Part shown: piece by piece, positions 1 to 9,121 of the stretch | Layout: each line of letters starts with the position of its first letter | How positions within the stretch are numbered: position 1 is the stretch's first letter | NCBI GenBank assembly: GCA_963677925.2 | Contig: CAXXYH010000004.1 | Span: 32,001 to 96,000, forward strand | DNA: 64,000 nucleotides | Source: Spirochaetia bacterium | GTDB lineage: Bacteria > Spirochaetota > Spirochaetia > UBA9216 | Direction of reading: 5' to 3' | The notes under the pieces: generated by a model | Databases searched by the model: none | What the model was told of the DNA's origin: nothing | What the model saw: only the letters and a program-made list of their open reading frames with translations | Program-made: the position numbers and the translations under genes

Positions 1-633
1 GATGTTGCACTTATTGATCCGGAAACCACCGTTTCAATGGATAAATCTCTAACCTCGGCAACAGTTCTTGATGCCCTTACCCATGCCTTTGAAGCCTATG
101 TGTCCAAAGCACATTCACCAATTACCGACATACATGCTGCAGAGGCAGTTAAAATCATACTGAAAGATCTTATACCATGCCTTGAAAATCCTGAGAATAT
201 TGAGCTTCGAAGCAGACTTATGCGGGCAAGTATGGAGGCAGGGCTGGCTTTCTCCAACACAAGCCTCGGCGCTGTTCATGCTCTCGCTCACAGCCTGGGG
301 GGCTACCTTAATGCTCCGCATGGCGAATGCAATGCAGTTCTCTTATCAACGGTCATTAAATTCAACTGGCCGAACGCCTCCGAAAGGTATATCCGGCTGA
401 TGGAAATGTCAGGAATTCAAATTGATGACAAAAAATCCTCATCCGGAGTCACAACTGCGCTCAACAAATTGATAGAAGGTGCTGTTGTGGATGAGGAACC
501 TTTTAAAACCATAACTGAGACAGATATTGAAAGTATGGCCTCTCGTGCCATAAACGATCCATGCCTGCTCACCAACCCGAGAGAATGCAGCGAAACTGAT
601 TTGAAGGAACTTTATGAGCAGGCCTTTGGATGA
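1..633 (+). CDS. Iron-containing alcohol dehydrogenase family protein (ErcA-like), 5'-truncated by window edge
   Basis: Frame open from base 1 (DVALIDPETTVSM...). Fe-ADH motifs DALTHAFEAY, GLAFSNTSLGAVHALAH, PHGECNAVLL, TNPR. Confidence 0.88.
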   Translation, partial: DVALIDPETTVSMDKSLTSATVLDALTHAFEAYVSKAHSPITDIHAAEAVKIILKDLIPCLENPENIELRSRLMRASMEAGLAFSNTSLGAVHALAHSLGGYLNAPHGECNAVLLSTVIKFNWPNASERYIRLMEMSGIQIDDKKSSSGVTTALNKLIEGAVVDEEPFKTITETDIESMASRAINDPCLLTNPRECSETDLKELYEQAFG

Positions 634-1672
634 AAAAAGGGATGATTCTTTTAATTCTGTCATAGGACTGGGAACATCATCGATAAGAAAAAGTTATTAC
701 CCGGGGCTAAAGCGCTTCCGGGCACTTCTTGATCAAAGCTCCGAAGGCATTATTCTGGCAACTCATCCTGAGGGCGGAATAATAGATATTAATGATACAG
801 CACGTGAATACTCGAAGTCTCTTAGCCAGAAAGAAATTAAAACTATATTTGAACTTTTTAATGACAAGCCAGAACTGATAAAAGCGCTTAAAACAGATTA
901 TACTTCTTACAGTATCAGCCACCACCCAAAGAACGACTCCAGAGAACTATACCTTGATATATCATGCAGGAAGGTAAACTTTGAAGGCAGAGATTATACA
1001 GTTCTTATAATGCATGACGTTACTGAAAAAGAGAGGCTTCTTCTTGCTCTTAAACAGTCACTTGATGAGAAAAACGTTCTTATCAAGGAAGTACATCACC
1101 GTGTAAAAAACAATCTCCAGCTCGTAAACAGCCTTATCAATCTTCAGGATCAACCACAAAATCATAATGAAGAAATGGAGCAGTTCATAAACGATCTAAG
1201 AACACGAATCCTTTCTATGGCACTGGTACACGAACAGCTTTATATTTCTGATGATATGAACCATATCAATATGCCTGAATACATTCACTCTCTAACTGAA
1301 TCTATCCGTAGTACAATTCCTGGAAGTGCCTCAAATATTGAAATGGTTCTTGATGTAGATGACATCGGTGTTACTGTGGACAATGCAATTCCACTTGGAT
1401 TAATGCTTAATGAAATGATCACAAATTCCTTCAAACACGCATTTCCTGATAGAAAGAAAGGAAAAATAGAAATTCATCTTAAAAATAACGGAAATGAACT
1501 CGAAATAATCTTTCAGAACAATGGAATTCCCTTCCCTGAAAATTTCGACATGGAAACATCGGGGACATTGGGAACGGCGTTGATATCTTCACTTGTGCTT
1601 CAGCTCAATGCAGAGATGGAATTCAGAGGAACCGACGGGGCCTTTTACTGCATTAAAAAAATAAAATCATAA
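614..1672 (+). CDS. PAS-domain sensor histidine kinase (HisKA_2 type)
   Basis: H-box KEVHHRVKNNLQ, MALVHEQLY, ELxTNSFKHAF, G-box; PAS end motif HDVTE; N-terminal GLGTSSIRKSYYP; overlaps the ADH stop. Confidence 0.88.
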   Translation: MSRPLDEKRDDSFNSVIGLGTSSIRKSYYPGLKRFRALLDQSSEGIILATHPEGGIIDINDTAREYSKSLSQKEIKTIFELFNDKPELIKALKTDYTSYSISHHPKNDSRELYLDISCRKVNFEGRDYTVLIMHDVTEKERLLLALKQSLDEKNVLIKEVHHRVKNNLQLVNSLINLQDQPQNHNEEMEQFINDLRTRILSMALVHEQLYISDDMNHINMPEYIHSLTESIRSTIPGSASNIEMVLDVDDIGVTVDNAIPLGLMLNEMITNSFKHAFPDRKKGKIEIHLKNNGNELEIIFQNNGIPFPENFDMETSGTLGTALISSLVLQLNAEMEFRGTDGAFYCIKKIKS

Positions 1673-3107
1673 GAGCAAAGCCGATAAACATTATACCGGT
1701 TAAGAGCTTCACAGTTCCAAGATGTGTCTGAAAAAGACTTGTGATCTTTCTGGATGTGACACCTATATAAACAACAGCAAAAACAGCGGCAAGCGGAATA
1801 ATAAAAGCAATATTATAAACAGCAAGCAGTCCCCAGCCTTCATGAGCGTTTCCGGTCTGAATCATATAAGTGATAGTTGGAAAATAGATTTGCCCTGTAC
1901 ATCCAAGTTCAAAGACTGATACGAGCATTCCCATGAGGATGGAACTTCCGGCTATTGCTGCTGACTTTGAATACGTCCTTATCGATGAGTGTATTTTCTT
2001 TTTCATATAATCGGGAAGCTGAAGAATGATATCCTTTGATTTTCCTCTTTTTATAACCGAATAATCATAAAAACTTAAGCCCGCGAAGACAATAAGAACA
2101 GCAAGTAGAAGCCACCTGATTATTGTACTGATAACAGAGAAAGACCCTGCAATCCGGATTACTCTGAAAAATCCCAGACCGATAAGATAATAGGTAACAA
2201 AAACGGCGAGAGTAAAGAAAAGCCCTATCAAAAGGGTTTCCTTACGGCTTCGGCCGGCAACACTCAGTGCGCTCAGCAGAAAAATTAAAGTGGTAAAGGC
2301 GCAGGGGTTAACCCCGTCAAGAAGCCCTGCAGCGAATACCGCAACAAGGGTTATCCCCTCTGACGCAGATGCAGACCTTCTCTCACCGGCAGATACAGCC
2401 ATCTGTTCCACAGACAGATCACCGGAAACCAGTCTGGAATATTCCCTCCGTATTGCATCCTCCCCCTGAAACACACCGTTGACCGAAATCAGTACCGGTA
2501 CAGCATCAAGACGGACGCCGTAATCATCCAGCAGCTGAGACATCAGTTCATAATTCTCAGCACCTGTGATATCACGTAGCGTAATTGGAATTTCCGATTC
2601 AGAAATAAACTTGTTGCAGCTTCTGCATCCGGCGGTATAAAAATAAACCGGAAGTTCAACAGCTGAGGTTTCCGGCTCAATTGCCGCTTCTGAATCAGCG
2701 ATGGAGACCCCGTCCCCGGAACCTGCAACAGAACCTGTTACAACGAAAAAACCCTTCGGAAGTTCAGGCAGATTTGTCCTTACAATAATCAGCTTTTCAA
2801 ACTCCCCGGAATCATCTGAGCTGTCAAAATATATTGTGAACGAAGCAGTCTTCTCCGGTGCAATCTCAAGGAAGTCAGGAGCTATCGAAACACAGCTGCA
2901 GGTACTGATTAATTCGACCTCAGCAGCTGTTCCGGATTTATTTGTAATCTCAACGGTTTTCTCTGTAACAATTCCTGCTTCAAGCTCACCCGTGTTCCAC
3001 TCTGTAATACTGAATTCCAGACCGCTTTCCGCAAATACAGAAAACACTGCAGTAATTGTCGTAAAAACCAGAGTAAGTATAAGTTTCTTAAAGGAAATTT
3101 CAGCCAT
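1653..3107 (-). CDS. Exported Ig-like (DUF1573-like) + glutaredoxin-like + CcdA/DsbD-type transmembrane thiol-transfer fusion protein
   Basis: Signal peptide; TCSC in a beta-rich domain; YTAGCRSC (CxxC); membrane domain with DGVNPCAF and ELGCTG cysteines typical of CcdA/DsbD-beta. Confidence 0.75.
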   Translation of the reverse strand: MAEISFKKLILTLVFTTITAVFSVFAESGLEFSITEWNTGELEAGIVTEKTVEITNKSGTAAEVELISTCSCVSIAPDFLEIAPEKTASFTIYFDSSDDSGEFEKLIIVRTNLPELPKGFFVVTGSVAGSGDGVSIADSEAAIEPETSAVELPVYFYTAGCRSCNKFISESEIPITLRDITGAENYELMSQLLDDYGVRLDAVPVLISVNGVFQGEDAIRREYSRLVSGDLSVEQMAVSAGERRSASASEGITLVAVFAAGLLDGVNPCAFTTLIFLLSALSVAGRSRKETLLIGLFFTLAVFVTYYLIGLGFFRVIRIAGSFSVISTIIRWLLLAVLIVFAGLSFYDYSVIKRGKSKDIILQLPDYMKKKIHSSIRTYSKSAAIAGSSILMGMLVSVFELGCTGQIYFPTITYMIQTGNAHEGWGLLAVYNIAFIIPLAAVFAVVYIGVTSRKITSLFQTHLGTVKLLTGIMFIGFALMILFF

Positions 3108-4044
3108 TTTTGAGATTCTTAATCAGTTCTTTTTTATATTCATCAAAAGCTTTTTCAACACCCGGATCCTGGGGATCCACTTCGTAATTAAAATACCTGA
3201 AGCTGTGTTCAGTAGATCTGATTTTTCCAAACCGGACATCGAAATCAATGCGGCCGACCCTGTTGCCCTCTTCTCCCGGAGAAAGAAGCAGCCTGTTACC
3301 GTCAGCCTTCTCATAAAGCATCTGATCATGGGCGGCAAGAACTGCATCCCAGCCGTTTTGTGCATTAAAGACAACCTCGGCATCATCTATATGCCCGTGA
3401 TAAAGCAGGATTTTAATATCAGCATCATCCATCATTTCCAGCATAACAGCTGATGTTTCTGCAGGATCGTTTATTTTAAGCCTTGATTTTACTTCATCAG
3501 GATAGAAGTAGAAAACAGAAGAAGAAGTCACCGAAGCTATCCCGATTTTTACACCCTTACGGTTATAAATCACTGGTTCCGGAGTTATCATTCTTCCATC
3601 GAGGATTATATTGTTGGAAATATAGTCCGTTGTTCGGGAGTTCTGTTTGAAAAAATCAATTCCTGAAGCAAACTCCTGATCACCGGCGGCAACCAGATCA
3701 TAGCCGATATCCTTGTACAGTTTCATCATCGTCGCAGAAAGCAGGTTATCAACTCTGGCATCAAGAACATCACCAAGATCAATAATAACCGATTTTGAAT
3801 GATCTATTGTACGTAGAAAAGTCGCGGATGATGACAATCCGCCCTTTGGAACCCCCTTGCATTCACAGCCGATCAGATTACCGTTTAATGATGCTGTAAA
3901 GAACACAGAGACAGTTTCAGCAAATACCGGTACCGATAAAAAGCCTGATACCAGTATCAGAATAAAAAGAGAGGTTTTAAGCGGTTTTCTAACCGTCAAG
4001 CGCTTCACTGAGTATACTCCGTAAAGTTTCAACATCCTCTTCAT
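3100..4044 (-). CDS. Exported UshA/5'-nucleotidase N-terminal-like (metallophosphoesterase fold) protein with CxC motif; true start probably ~4007 (GTG)
   Basis: Signal peptide ending VFA; LNGNLIGCEC..GGL, IDLGD, GDQEF, YHG, AAHD resemble calcineurin-like motifs; no C-terminal nucleotidase domain. Confidence 0.65.
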   Translation of the reverse strand: MKRMLKLYGVYSVKRLTVRKPLKTSLFILILVSGFLSVPVFAETVSVFFTASLNGNLIGCECKGVPKGGLSSSATFLRTIDHSKSVIIDLGDVLDARVDNLLSATMMKLYKDIGYDLVAAGDQEFASGIDFFKQNSRTTDYISNNIILDGRMITPEPVIYNRKGVKIGIASVTSSSVFYFYPDEVKSRLKINDPAETSAVMLEMMDDADIKILLYHGHIDDAEVVFNAQNGWDAVLAAHDQMLYEKADGNRLLLSPGEEGNRVGRIDFDVRFGKIRSTEHSFRYFNYEVDPQDPGVEKAFDEYKKELIKNLKNG

Positions 4045-4492
4045 GATAACCTACAGTTTTAAATACAATTTCCCCTTCGGGATTAATAAGAAACAAGGTT
4101 GGCAGAGCTTCAACACCGAATGCCTGAACCGATTTCTGATACTTGTCAATCAGCACAGTTACAGGGGTCGGACGTTCTGCAAAGAAAGGCTTAACAATAT
4201 CGAGGCCTTCCTTGTCGGTTGCCATCAGGATCACCTTAAAGTCTCTATCCGAATATTCATTATATAATTCTTCTATATGAGGCAGTTCTTCATTACAGTT
4301 TTCACACCATGTTGCATAAAAATCAACAAGAACCCAGCCTGTGAAATAGATCTTCTTTGAAAAAGCATAATTCTTATTGATATCCGGCAGAACAAAGGCC
4401 GGGGCCTGTTCTCCTGTTTCGGCAGAAAAGACCGGTGCCGCGGCAGCAATAAAGATTACAGCAGTTAATATAAGTATAATTCTCTTCTTCAT
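3989..4492 (-). CDS. TlpA/ResA-family thiol:disulfide oxidoreductase, exported
   Basis: VDFYATWCENC, ALPT cis-Pro loop, signal peptide. Confidence 0.9.
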   Translation of the reverse strand: MKKRIILILTAVIFIAAAAPVFSAETGEQAPAFVLPDINKNYAFSKKIYFTGWVLVDFYATWCENCNEELPHIEELYNEYSDRDFKVILMATDKEGLDIVKPFFAERPTPVTVLIDKYQKSVQAFGVEALPTLFLINPEGEIVFKTVGYHEEDVETLRSILSEALDG

Positions 4493-4559
4493 ATTCAAAT
4501 GATAACACTAAAAAGAAGCTGATTCAATTCGAATTCTGCAATCCTGCACTTTTCGCCTA

Positions 4560-4588
4560 TTGACCGATAATAAAAAAGCGGTTAGTCT
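4560..4588 (+). promoter_or_regulatory. Putative sigma70 promoter of the ilv leader
   Basis: TTGACC (4560-4565), 17 nt spacer, TAGTCT (4583-4588), just upstream of the leader ATG. Confidence 0.5.
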
Positions 4589-4609
4589 TTTTATCAGGAT
4601 AACAGAGAT

Positions 4610-4735
4610 ATGAATCCGGTAAAAGCTGCCGTTTCAGCGGTCACAGTCCTTAACGTACTCATTAACGTTCTAGTTAACGTCGTCGTGGTCAGTGTGGTCG
4701 TCAGAAACTCATTCAGAGCCGGAAACAGCTGTTAG
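4610..4735 (+). CDS. ilvBN attenuation leader peptide, 41 aa, MNPVKAAVSAVTVLNVLINVLVNVVVVSVVVRNSFRAGNSC
   Basis: Hand-translated (below the ORF-track cutoff): 14 Val, 3 Leu, 1 Ile; lies between the promoter and terminator upstream of ilvB. Confidence 0.85.
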   Translation: MNPVKAAVSAVTVLNVLINVLVNVVVVSVVVRNSFRAGNSC

Positions 4736-4753
4736 AAGCTATTTAGCAAATAC

Positions 4754-4789
4754 AAGCCTGTTGACGGTCAGTCAGCAGGCTTTTTTTTT
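4754..4789 (+). terminator. Intrinsic terminator (attenuator) upstream of ilvB
   Basis: AAGCCTGTTGAC-ggtca-GTCAGCAGGCTT 12-bp stem (one G-U) running into a T9 tract (4781-4789). Confidence 0.88.
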
Positions 4790-4849
4790 GCCGAAATTGA
4801 TTTAGAAATTCTGACAATTTCTGTAAAACAAAGCCGGAGGTAAATTGAT

Positions 4850-6562
4850 TTGGATAATGAAAAGAAAAAGAAGCATCGTAAAACGGGCGCCGGAGCAGTT
4901 TTAAAGGCTCTTGAGAAAGAAGGGGCTGAAATAATTTTCGGTTACCCCGGAGGAGCGACCCTTCCTATTTATGACGAACTGGATCATTCCAGCATAAGGC
5001 ATGTCCTTTGCCGGCATGAGCAGGGCGGAGCACACATGGCAGACGGTTATGCCAGGGCAACCGGAAAGCCCGGGTTATGCATGGCAACCAGCGGACCTGG
5101 CGCCACAAACCTTGTAACCGGACTGGCAACCGCCTTCATGGACTCATCTCCTGTTGTCGCCATAACCGGGCAGGTACCTAAAACAATGGTAGGAAATGAT
5201 GCATTCCAGGAAGTCGATATTACCGGCATCACCATCCCGGTAACCAAACACAACTATCTGGTATCTGAACCGGAGGATCTGGAATATACAGTCAGTGAAG
5301 CCTTTTACCTGGCATCATCAGGGAGGAAGGGTCCAGTTCTTGTCGACATACCGAAGGATGTCCTTTCTACCGAAATTGACACATCAAAAACCAGTAAATT
5401 CCAGCCTTCCGATCTTGAAGGCTACAACCCTGTTATCAAAGGGCATTCGGGACAGATGAAAAAAGCTGCCGCGCTTATCAGCAAAGCAGAAAAACCGCTC
5501 CTTATCTCCGGCGGCGGTGTTGTCAGTTCAAATGCAGAAGATATTTTTACCGGGTTTGCAAGAAGTACAGGGATTCCGGTAGTTTCAACCCTGATGGGCA
5601 AAAACGGCTTCCCCAACTCGGACCCTCAGTATCTTGGACTTTCAGGGTATCACGGGACCGCAGCTGCCAACAACGCAATTCAGAATGCCGATGTTATCAT
5701 AGCGGTTGGAACCCGTTTCGGCGACCGCTCGACAGGACCGGTTGCTACATATGCGGCAAAAGCTGATATCATCCACATCGACATAGATCCGGCCGAAATA
5801 AGCAAGAACATCCCCTCTTTTCTGCCAATAGTTGGTGATGCGGGTAAAATACTTGAAGCACTTAATGATCTGCTTCATGATAAAAAGAAATCAGCCGAGT
5901 CGGCTGCACGTAAAGAATGGATCAGCTTTCTGAATAACATCAGAGAAAAGCACACAAAGCCGACTGACTATTCCAGCCTTAATATTCCATGCATTCTTGA
6001 AACGGTGAAGGAGATGGTTCCCGATGCCATTATCACAACTGATGTAGGCCGCCACCAGATGTTTGCGGCTCATTATTTTCCTGTTGATAAAAAGAACTCA
6101 TTCATCACTTCCGGAGGTCTTGGAACCATGGGTTTCGGACTGCCGGCAGCTATCGGCGCTAAAGCGGGAAGGCCCGATGAAACAGTAATTTCGATAAGCG
6201 GAGACGGCTCCTTTCTGATGTGTATTCAGGAAATTGTAACAGCCGTAGAAGAGAACTTTCCTGTAATTGCCATGGTAATGAATGACCAGCGGCTTGGAAT
6301 GATCAGCCAGCTTCAGAACGCCTTTTATTCTGAAAGATATAAAAGCTGCGATCTGGGTTCATCAGTTAATTACGCAGCAATGTCCGAGGCCATGGGCGGA
6401 ATTGGAATCAGGGTAACCGAGCCTTCCGAGATAAGACCGGCAATAGAAAAAGCACTGGCTGCAGACAGGCCGGTAGTAATTGAATATATGCTTGCACAGA
6501 AACTTAATACATATCCGATGGTAACCGGCGACAGCCTTCTGGATTTCATCGAAGAGGATTAA
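4850..6562 (+). CDS. ilvB: Acetolactate synthase large subunit
   Basis: FGYPGGA, RHEQG, ATSGPGATN, GLGTMGFGLP, TPP motif GDGS...N; GGAGG RBS before TTG start. Confidence 0.96.
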   Translation: MDNEKKKKHRKTGAGAVLKALEKEGAEIIFGYPGGATLPIYDELDHSSIRHVLCRHEQGGAHMADGYARATGKPGLCMATSGPGATNLVTGLATAFMDSSPVVAITGQVPKTMVGNDAFQEVDITGITIPVTKHNYLVSEPEDLEYTVSEAFYLASSGRKGPVLVDIPKDVLSTEIDTSKTSKFQPSDLEGYNPVIKGHSGQMKKAAALISKAEKPLLISGGGVVSSNAEDIFTGFARSTGIPVVSTLMGKNGFPNSDPQYLGLSGYHGTAAANNAIQNADVIIAVGTRFGDRSTGPVATYAAKADIIHIDIDPAEISKNIPSFLPIVGDAGKILEALNDLLHDKKKSAESAARKEWISFLNNIREKHTKPTDYSSLNIPCILETVKEMVPDAIITTDVGRHQMFAAHYFPVDKKNSFITSGGLGTMGFGLPAAIGAKAGRPDETVISISGDGSFLMCIQEIVTAVEENFPVIAMVMNDQRLGMISQLQNAFYSERYKSCDLGSSVNYAAMSEAMGGIGIRVTEPSEIRPAIEKALAADRPVVIEYMLAQKLNTYPMVTGDSLLDFIEED

Positions 6563-6570
6563 AGGAGAGA

Positions 6571-7059
6571 ATGATGAATCATACAATTGCAATTCTATGT
6601 GATGACCAGCCGGGTGTAATGACAAGGATATCGGGACTCTTTTCACGGCGCGGTTTTAATATTGAGAGCCTTTCAGTCGGCCATACCGAGATTCCCGGAA
6701 AGAGCCGCTTCACTATTGTTGTCCAGGGCGACGACAATGTCCTTGAACAGGTCAGAAAACAGCTTCAGAAACTGGTGCATGTGATAAAGGTCTGGGACAT
6801 AAAGAAAACCGAGGCTGTAGAGCGTGAACATGCTCTGGTAAAGATTGAAGTTAAGCCTGAGATCAGAAGCGAACTGCTGCAGATAATTACTGCAATTCAG
6901 GCGCGTATAATCGATTCAAATGAACTTGTATGGGTCCTTGAAATTACCGGAGACACCAACGCGGTAAATAATGCATTCAACCTTCTGAGTGATTACAATA
7001 TTATTGAATCTATCCGAACAGGTAAGCTGGCTCTTAAACGGGGCGCTCAGGCAAAATAA
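6571..7059 (+). CDS. ilvN: Acetolactate synthase small regulatory subunit
   Basis: ACT domain GVMTRISGLFSRRGFNIESL; follows ilvB. Confidence 0.95.
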   Translation: MMNHTIAILCDDQPGVMTRISGLFSRRGFNIESLSVGHTEIPGKSRFTIVVQGDDNVLEQVRKQLQKLVHVIKVWDIKKTEAVEREHALVKIEVKPEIRSELLQIITAIQARIIDSNELVWVLEITGDTNAVNNAFNLLSDYNIIESIRTGKLALKRGAQAK

Positions 7060-7801
7060 TACTGAAAGAGCTTCCGGTTCCAACAACGCTTTCGACATGC
7101 AGCGAGGCTCCAAACAGCCCGGCATAACGGTGTGAGGCAATAAGCCCAATGCCTGTGCCGGGTTCGTCTTCTGTCCCCATATGGCGCCAGATTATTTCCG
7201 GCTTGAACAGTTTGGCTATGTTTTCTGCGGATATTCCTGTTCCACGGTCACTCACTTTAATTCTCTGATTCCCGCTCTCTCCGGAGCATTCAATTATAAC
7301 TGAGGCCCCCCTGGCAGAATATTTCACAGCGTTTGTAATATAATTTTTAAGAACAAATTCAAGCATTTCAGAATTCGTATAAACCAGCATATCTTCTGCA
7401 TAAAGATGTTCAAGAGAAATTTCTTTTTTCTCCGTCCATGATTGAAGGTCGGCTTCTACATCGTACATAAGAGTCCGCAGGGGAATCAGCTCAATGACGT
7501 CATTCACCTTTCCGCGTTCTATCTTGCCCCATTCAAAAAGGGTCTCAAGCAGCCTGTATGTATTATTGATGGATTCATGAATATTCTCAACATACAACTT
7601 TCCATTGCCGGAACAGATGTTATCTACATCATTCAGCAGCATACCTGACAAACCAATCAGTCCGCTGAAGGGACTGCGGAGATCATGCGAAGTGATGGTA
7701 AAAACTCTGTTTAGAATGTTCTTCATATCAGCCGCGTATTCAGCCAGTTCGGCAGGAGTCATGTCTTCTATTTTATTTTCATCTAGAGGATAATGTTCCA
7801 T
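7034..7801 (-). CDS. Cytoplasmic histidine kinase (HisKA+HATPase) lacking a sensor domain
   Basis: SHDLRSPF H-box, NAVKYS N-box, DRGTG and GTGIGL G-boxes. Confidence 0.85.
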   Translation of the reverse strand: MEHYPLDENKIEDMTPAELAEYAADMKNILNRVFTITSHDLRSPFSGLIGLSGMLLNDVDNICSGNGKLYVENIHESINNTYRLLETLFEWGKIERGKVNDVIELIPLRTLMYDVEADLQSWTEKKEISLEHLYAEDMLVYTNSEMLEFVLKNYITNAVKYSARGASVIIECSGESGNQRIKVSDRGTGISAENIAKLFKPEIIWRHMGTEDEPGTGIGLIASHRYAGLFGASLHVESVVGTGSSFSIILPERPV

Positions 7802-7885
7802 CCATTATATTATCGATCATAAAAAGAAGCATTAACAGTATTTTAAGGTACCATTTTGGCTAAATCTGTGTTATACAGTTATATT

Positions 7886-8335
7886 ATGGACGAAACTCAG
7901 GAAAGCAGGGAATTCTGGCAGGAAAAAGAGCAGGAAACGGGCAAGCAGATACTATTTAAAAGCTTTGCAAGATTTATCGGCGAGGCCGGAAAAGGTCTGA
8001 CGAACTTAAGCGGGCTGCTCTACTCAACCGATGACCGGGTTTATTTTGAAGATTTTGAGAAAACATCATTTCTTGACATGCTGTCAAAGAAGAAAAGAAA
8101 GTATGAAAAATTCACAATGAATTTTCTTCTTTCCGATGCAGATTCAATAAGAAAAGTTTCAGAAAACAGCGCCATCGCCTGTATTCATGGAGAAACTGAA
8201 GAAGCCAGACCTGTAAGCAAACTGGGCAGCCTTTTCGGTTCAACTGCATGGGAGATCCGCTTCACTGACGGAAATACCTATTTCTTTGAACTGTTTGAAA
8301 CTGCAAAACTAAAAGAACTTATCAACGGAAACTGA
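7886..8335 (+). CDS. Hypothetical protein
   Basis: Open frame of ~150 aa immediately upstream of and co-oriented with suhB; ATG at 7886 preferred. Confidence 0.65.
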   Translation: MDETQESREFWQEKEQETGKQILFKSFARFIGEAGKGLTNLSGLLYSTDDRVYFEDFEKTSFLDMLSKKKRKYEKFTMNFLLSDADSIRKVSENSAIACIHGETEEARPVSKLGSLFGSTAWEIRFTDGNTYFFELFETAKLKELINGN

Positions 8336-8338
8336 ACA

Positions 8339-9118
8339 ATGAAATCCGACAATATTATATTCACAGCGGAAAAAGCCGCAAGAAAGGCAGGAGAGATAAT
8401 TCTCACTGCCTTCAGGAATGTGCAGATCCACCAGAAGGCAAGCAATAATCTTGTTACCGAGGCGGACCTGAGTGCAGAGAAAGCTATCAGAAAAATTATA
8501 CTTGAAGCCTTCCCGGAACATAAAATCCTCGGAGAGGAGGAAGGCGGGATTCTTGATCTGCATGCTGAAAATCTGTGGATTGTAGACCCGCTTGACGGGA
8601 CCAACAACTACGCACACGGACTTACACAATTCGGAGTATCCATAGCATACGCAGAAAAAGGAACTGTTAAAACAGGCTGCATATTTGATCCTGTGCATGG
8701 AGAATTGTTCACAGCGAAGCTTGGGCAGGGTGCATATGTAAACGGAAATAAAATTGAAGCCTCGGACAGGGGAATTGAAGAAGCGATAATTTCAACCGGC
8801 TTTTATTATGAACGCGGCAACATGGTTAAGCGTACACTTAATGCGATTGATTACCTTTTTGAAAATAATATCAGGGGAATCCGCCGGTACGGTGCAGCCT
8901 GTCTTGACATATGCTCTGTTGCCGCCGGAAGGCTTGACGCATACTTTGAATTAAAGCTGGGACCATGGGATTTTGCGGCCGGACTGCTGATAGCATCTGA
9001 AGCGGGAGCAATATGCACCGATGACAGCGGCAATCCAATGTCGCTTGAATCGGCGACCTACATCTTTGCAAATAAAAAGGTACTGCCTTATATAGTTGAA
9101 GCTGTTTCGGTAAAATAA
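8339..9118 (+). CDS. suhB: Inositol monophosphatase family protein
   Basis: LVTEAD, GEE, WIVDPLDGTNNY, WDFAAG. Confidence 0.92.
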   Translation: MKSDNIIFTAEKAARKAGEIILTAFRNVQIHQKASNNLVTEADLSAEKAIRKIILEAFPEHKILGEEEGGILDLHAENLWIVDPLDGTNNYAHGLTQFGVSIAYAEKGTVKTGCIFDPVHGELFTAKLGQGAYVNGNKIEASDRGIEEAIISTGFYYERGNMVKRTLNAIDYLFENNIRGIRRYGAACLDICSVAAGRLDAYFELKLGPWDFAAGLLIASEAGAICTDDSGNPMSLESATYIFANKKVLPYIVEAVSVK

Positions 9119-9121
9119 AGA

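Noticed and set aside
2701-3453. 250-aa plus-strand ORF
   Set aside because: Antisense shadow of two well-supported minus-strand genes; Ser/Ile-rich with no motifs.
3100-4044. Selenoprotein (UGA readthrough) here or in gpx
   Set aside because: The relevant positions are ordinary Cys codons and no in-frame TGA interrupts the frames.
4650-4681. Triple TTAACGT repeat as a DNA repeat or binding array
   Set aside because: Explained by repeated x-Asn-Val codons in the leader peptide.
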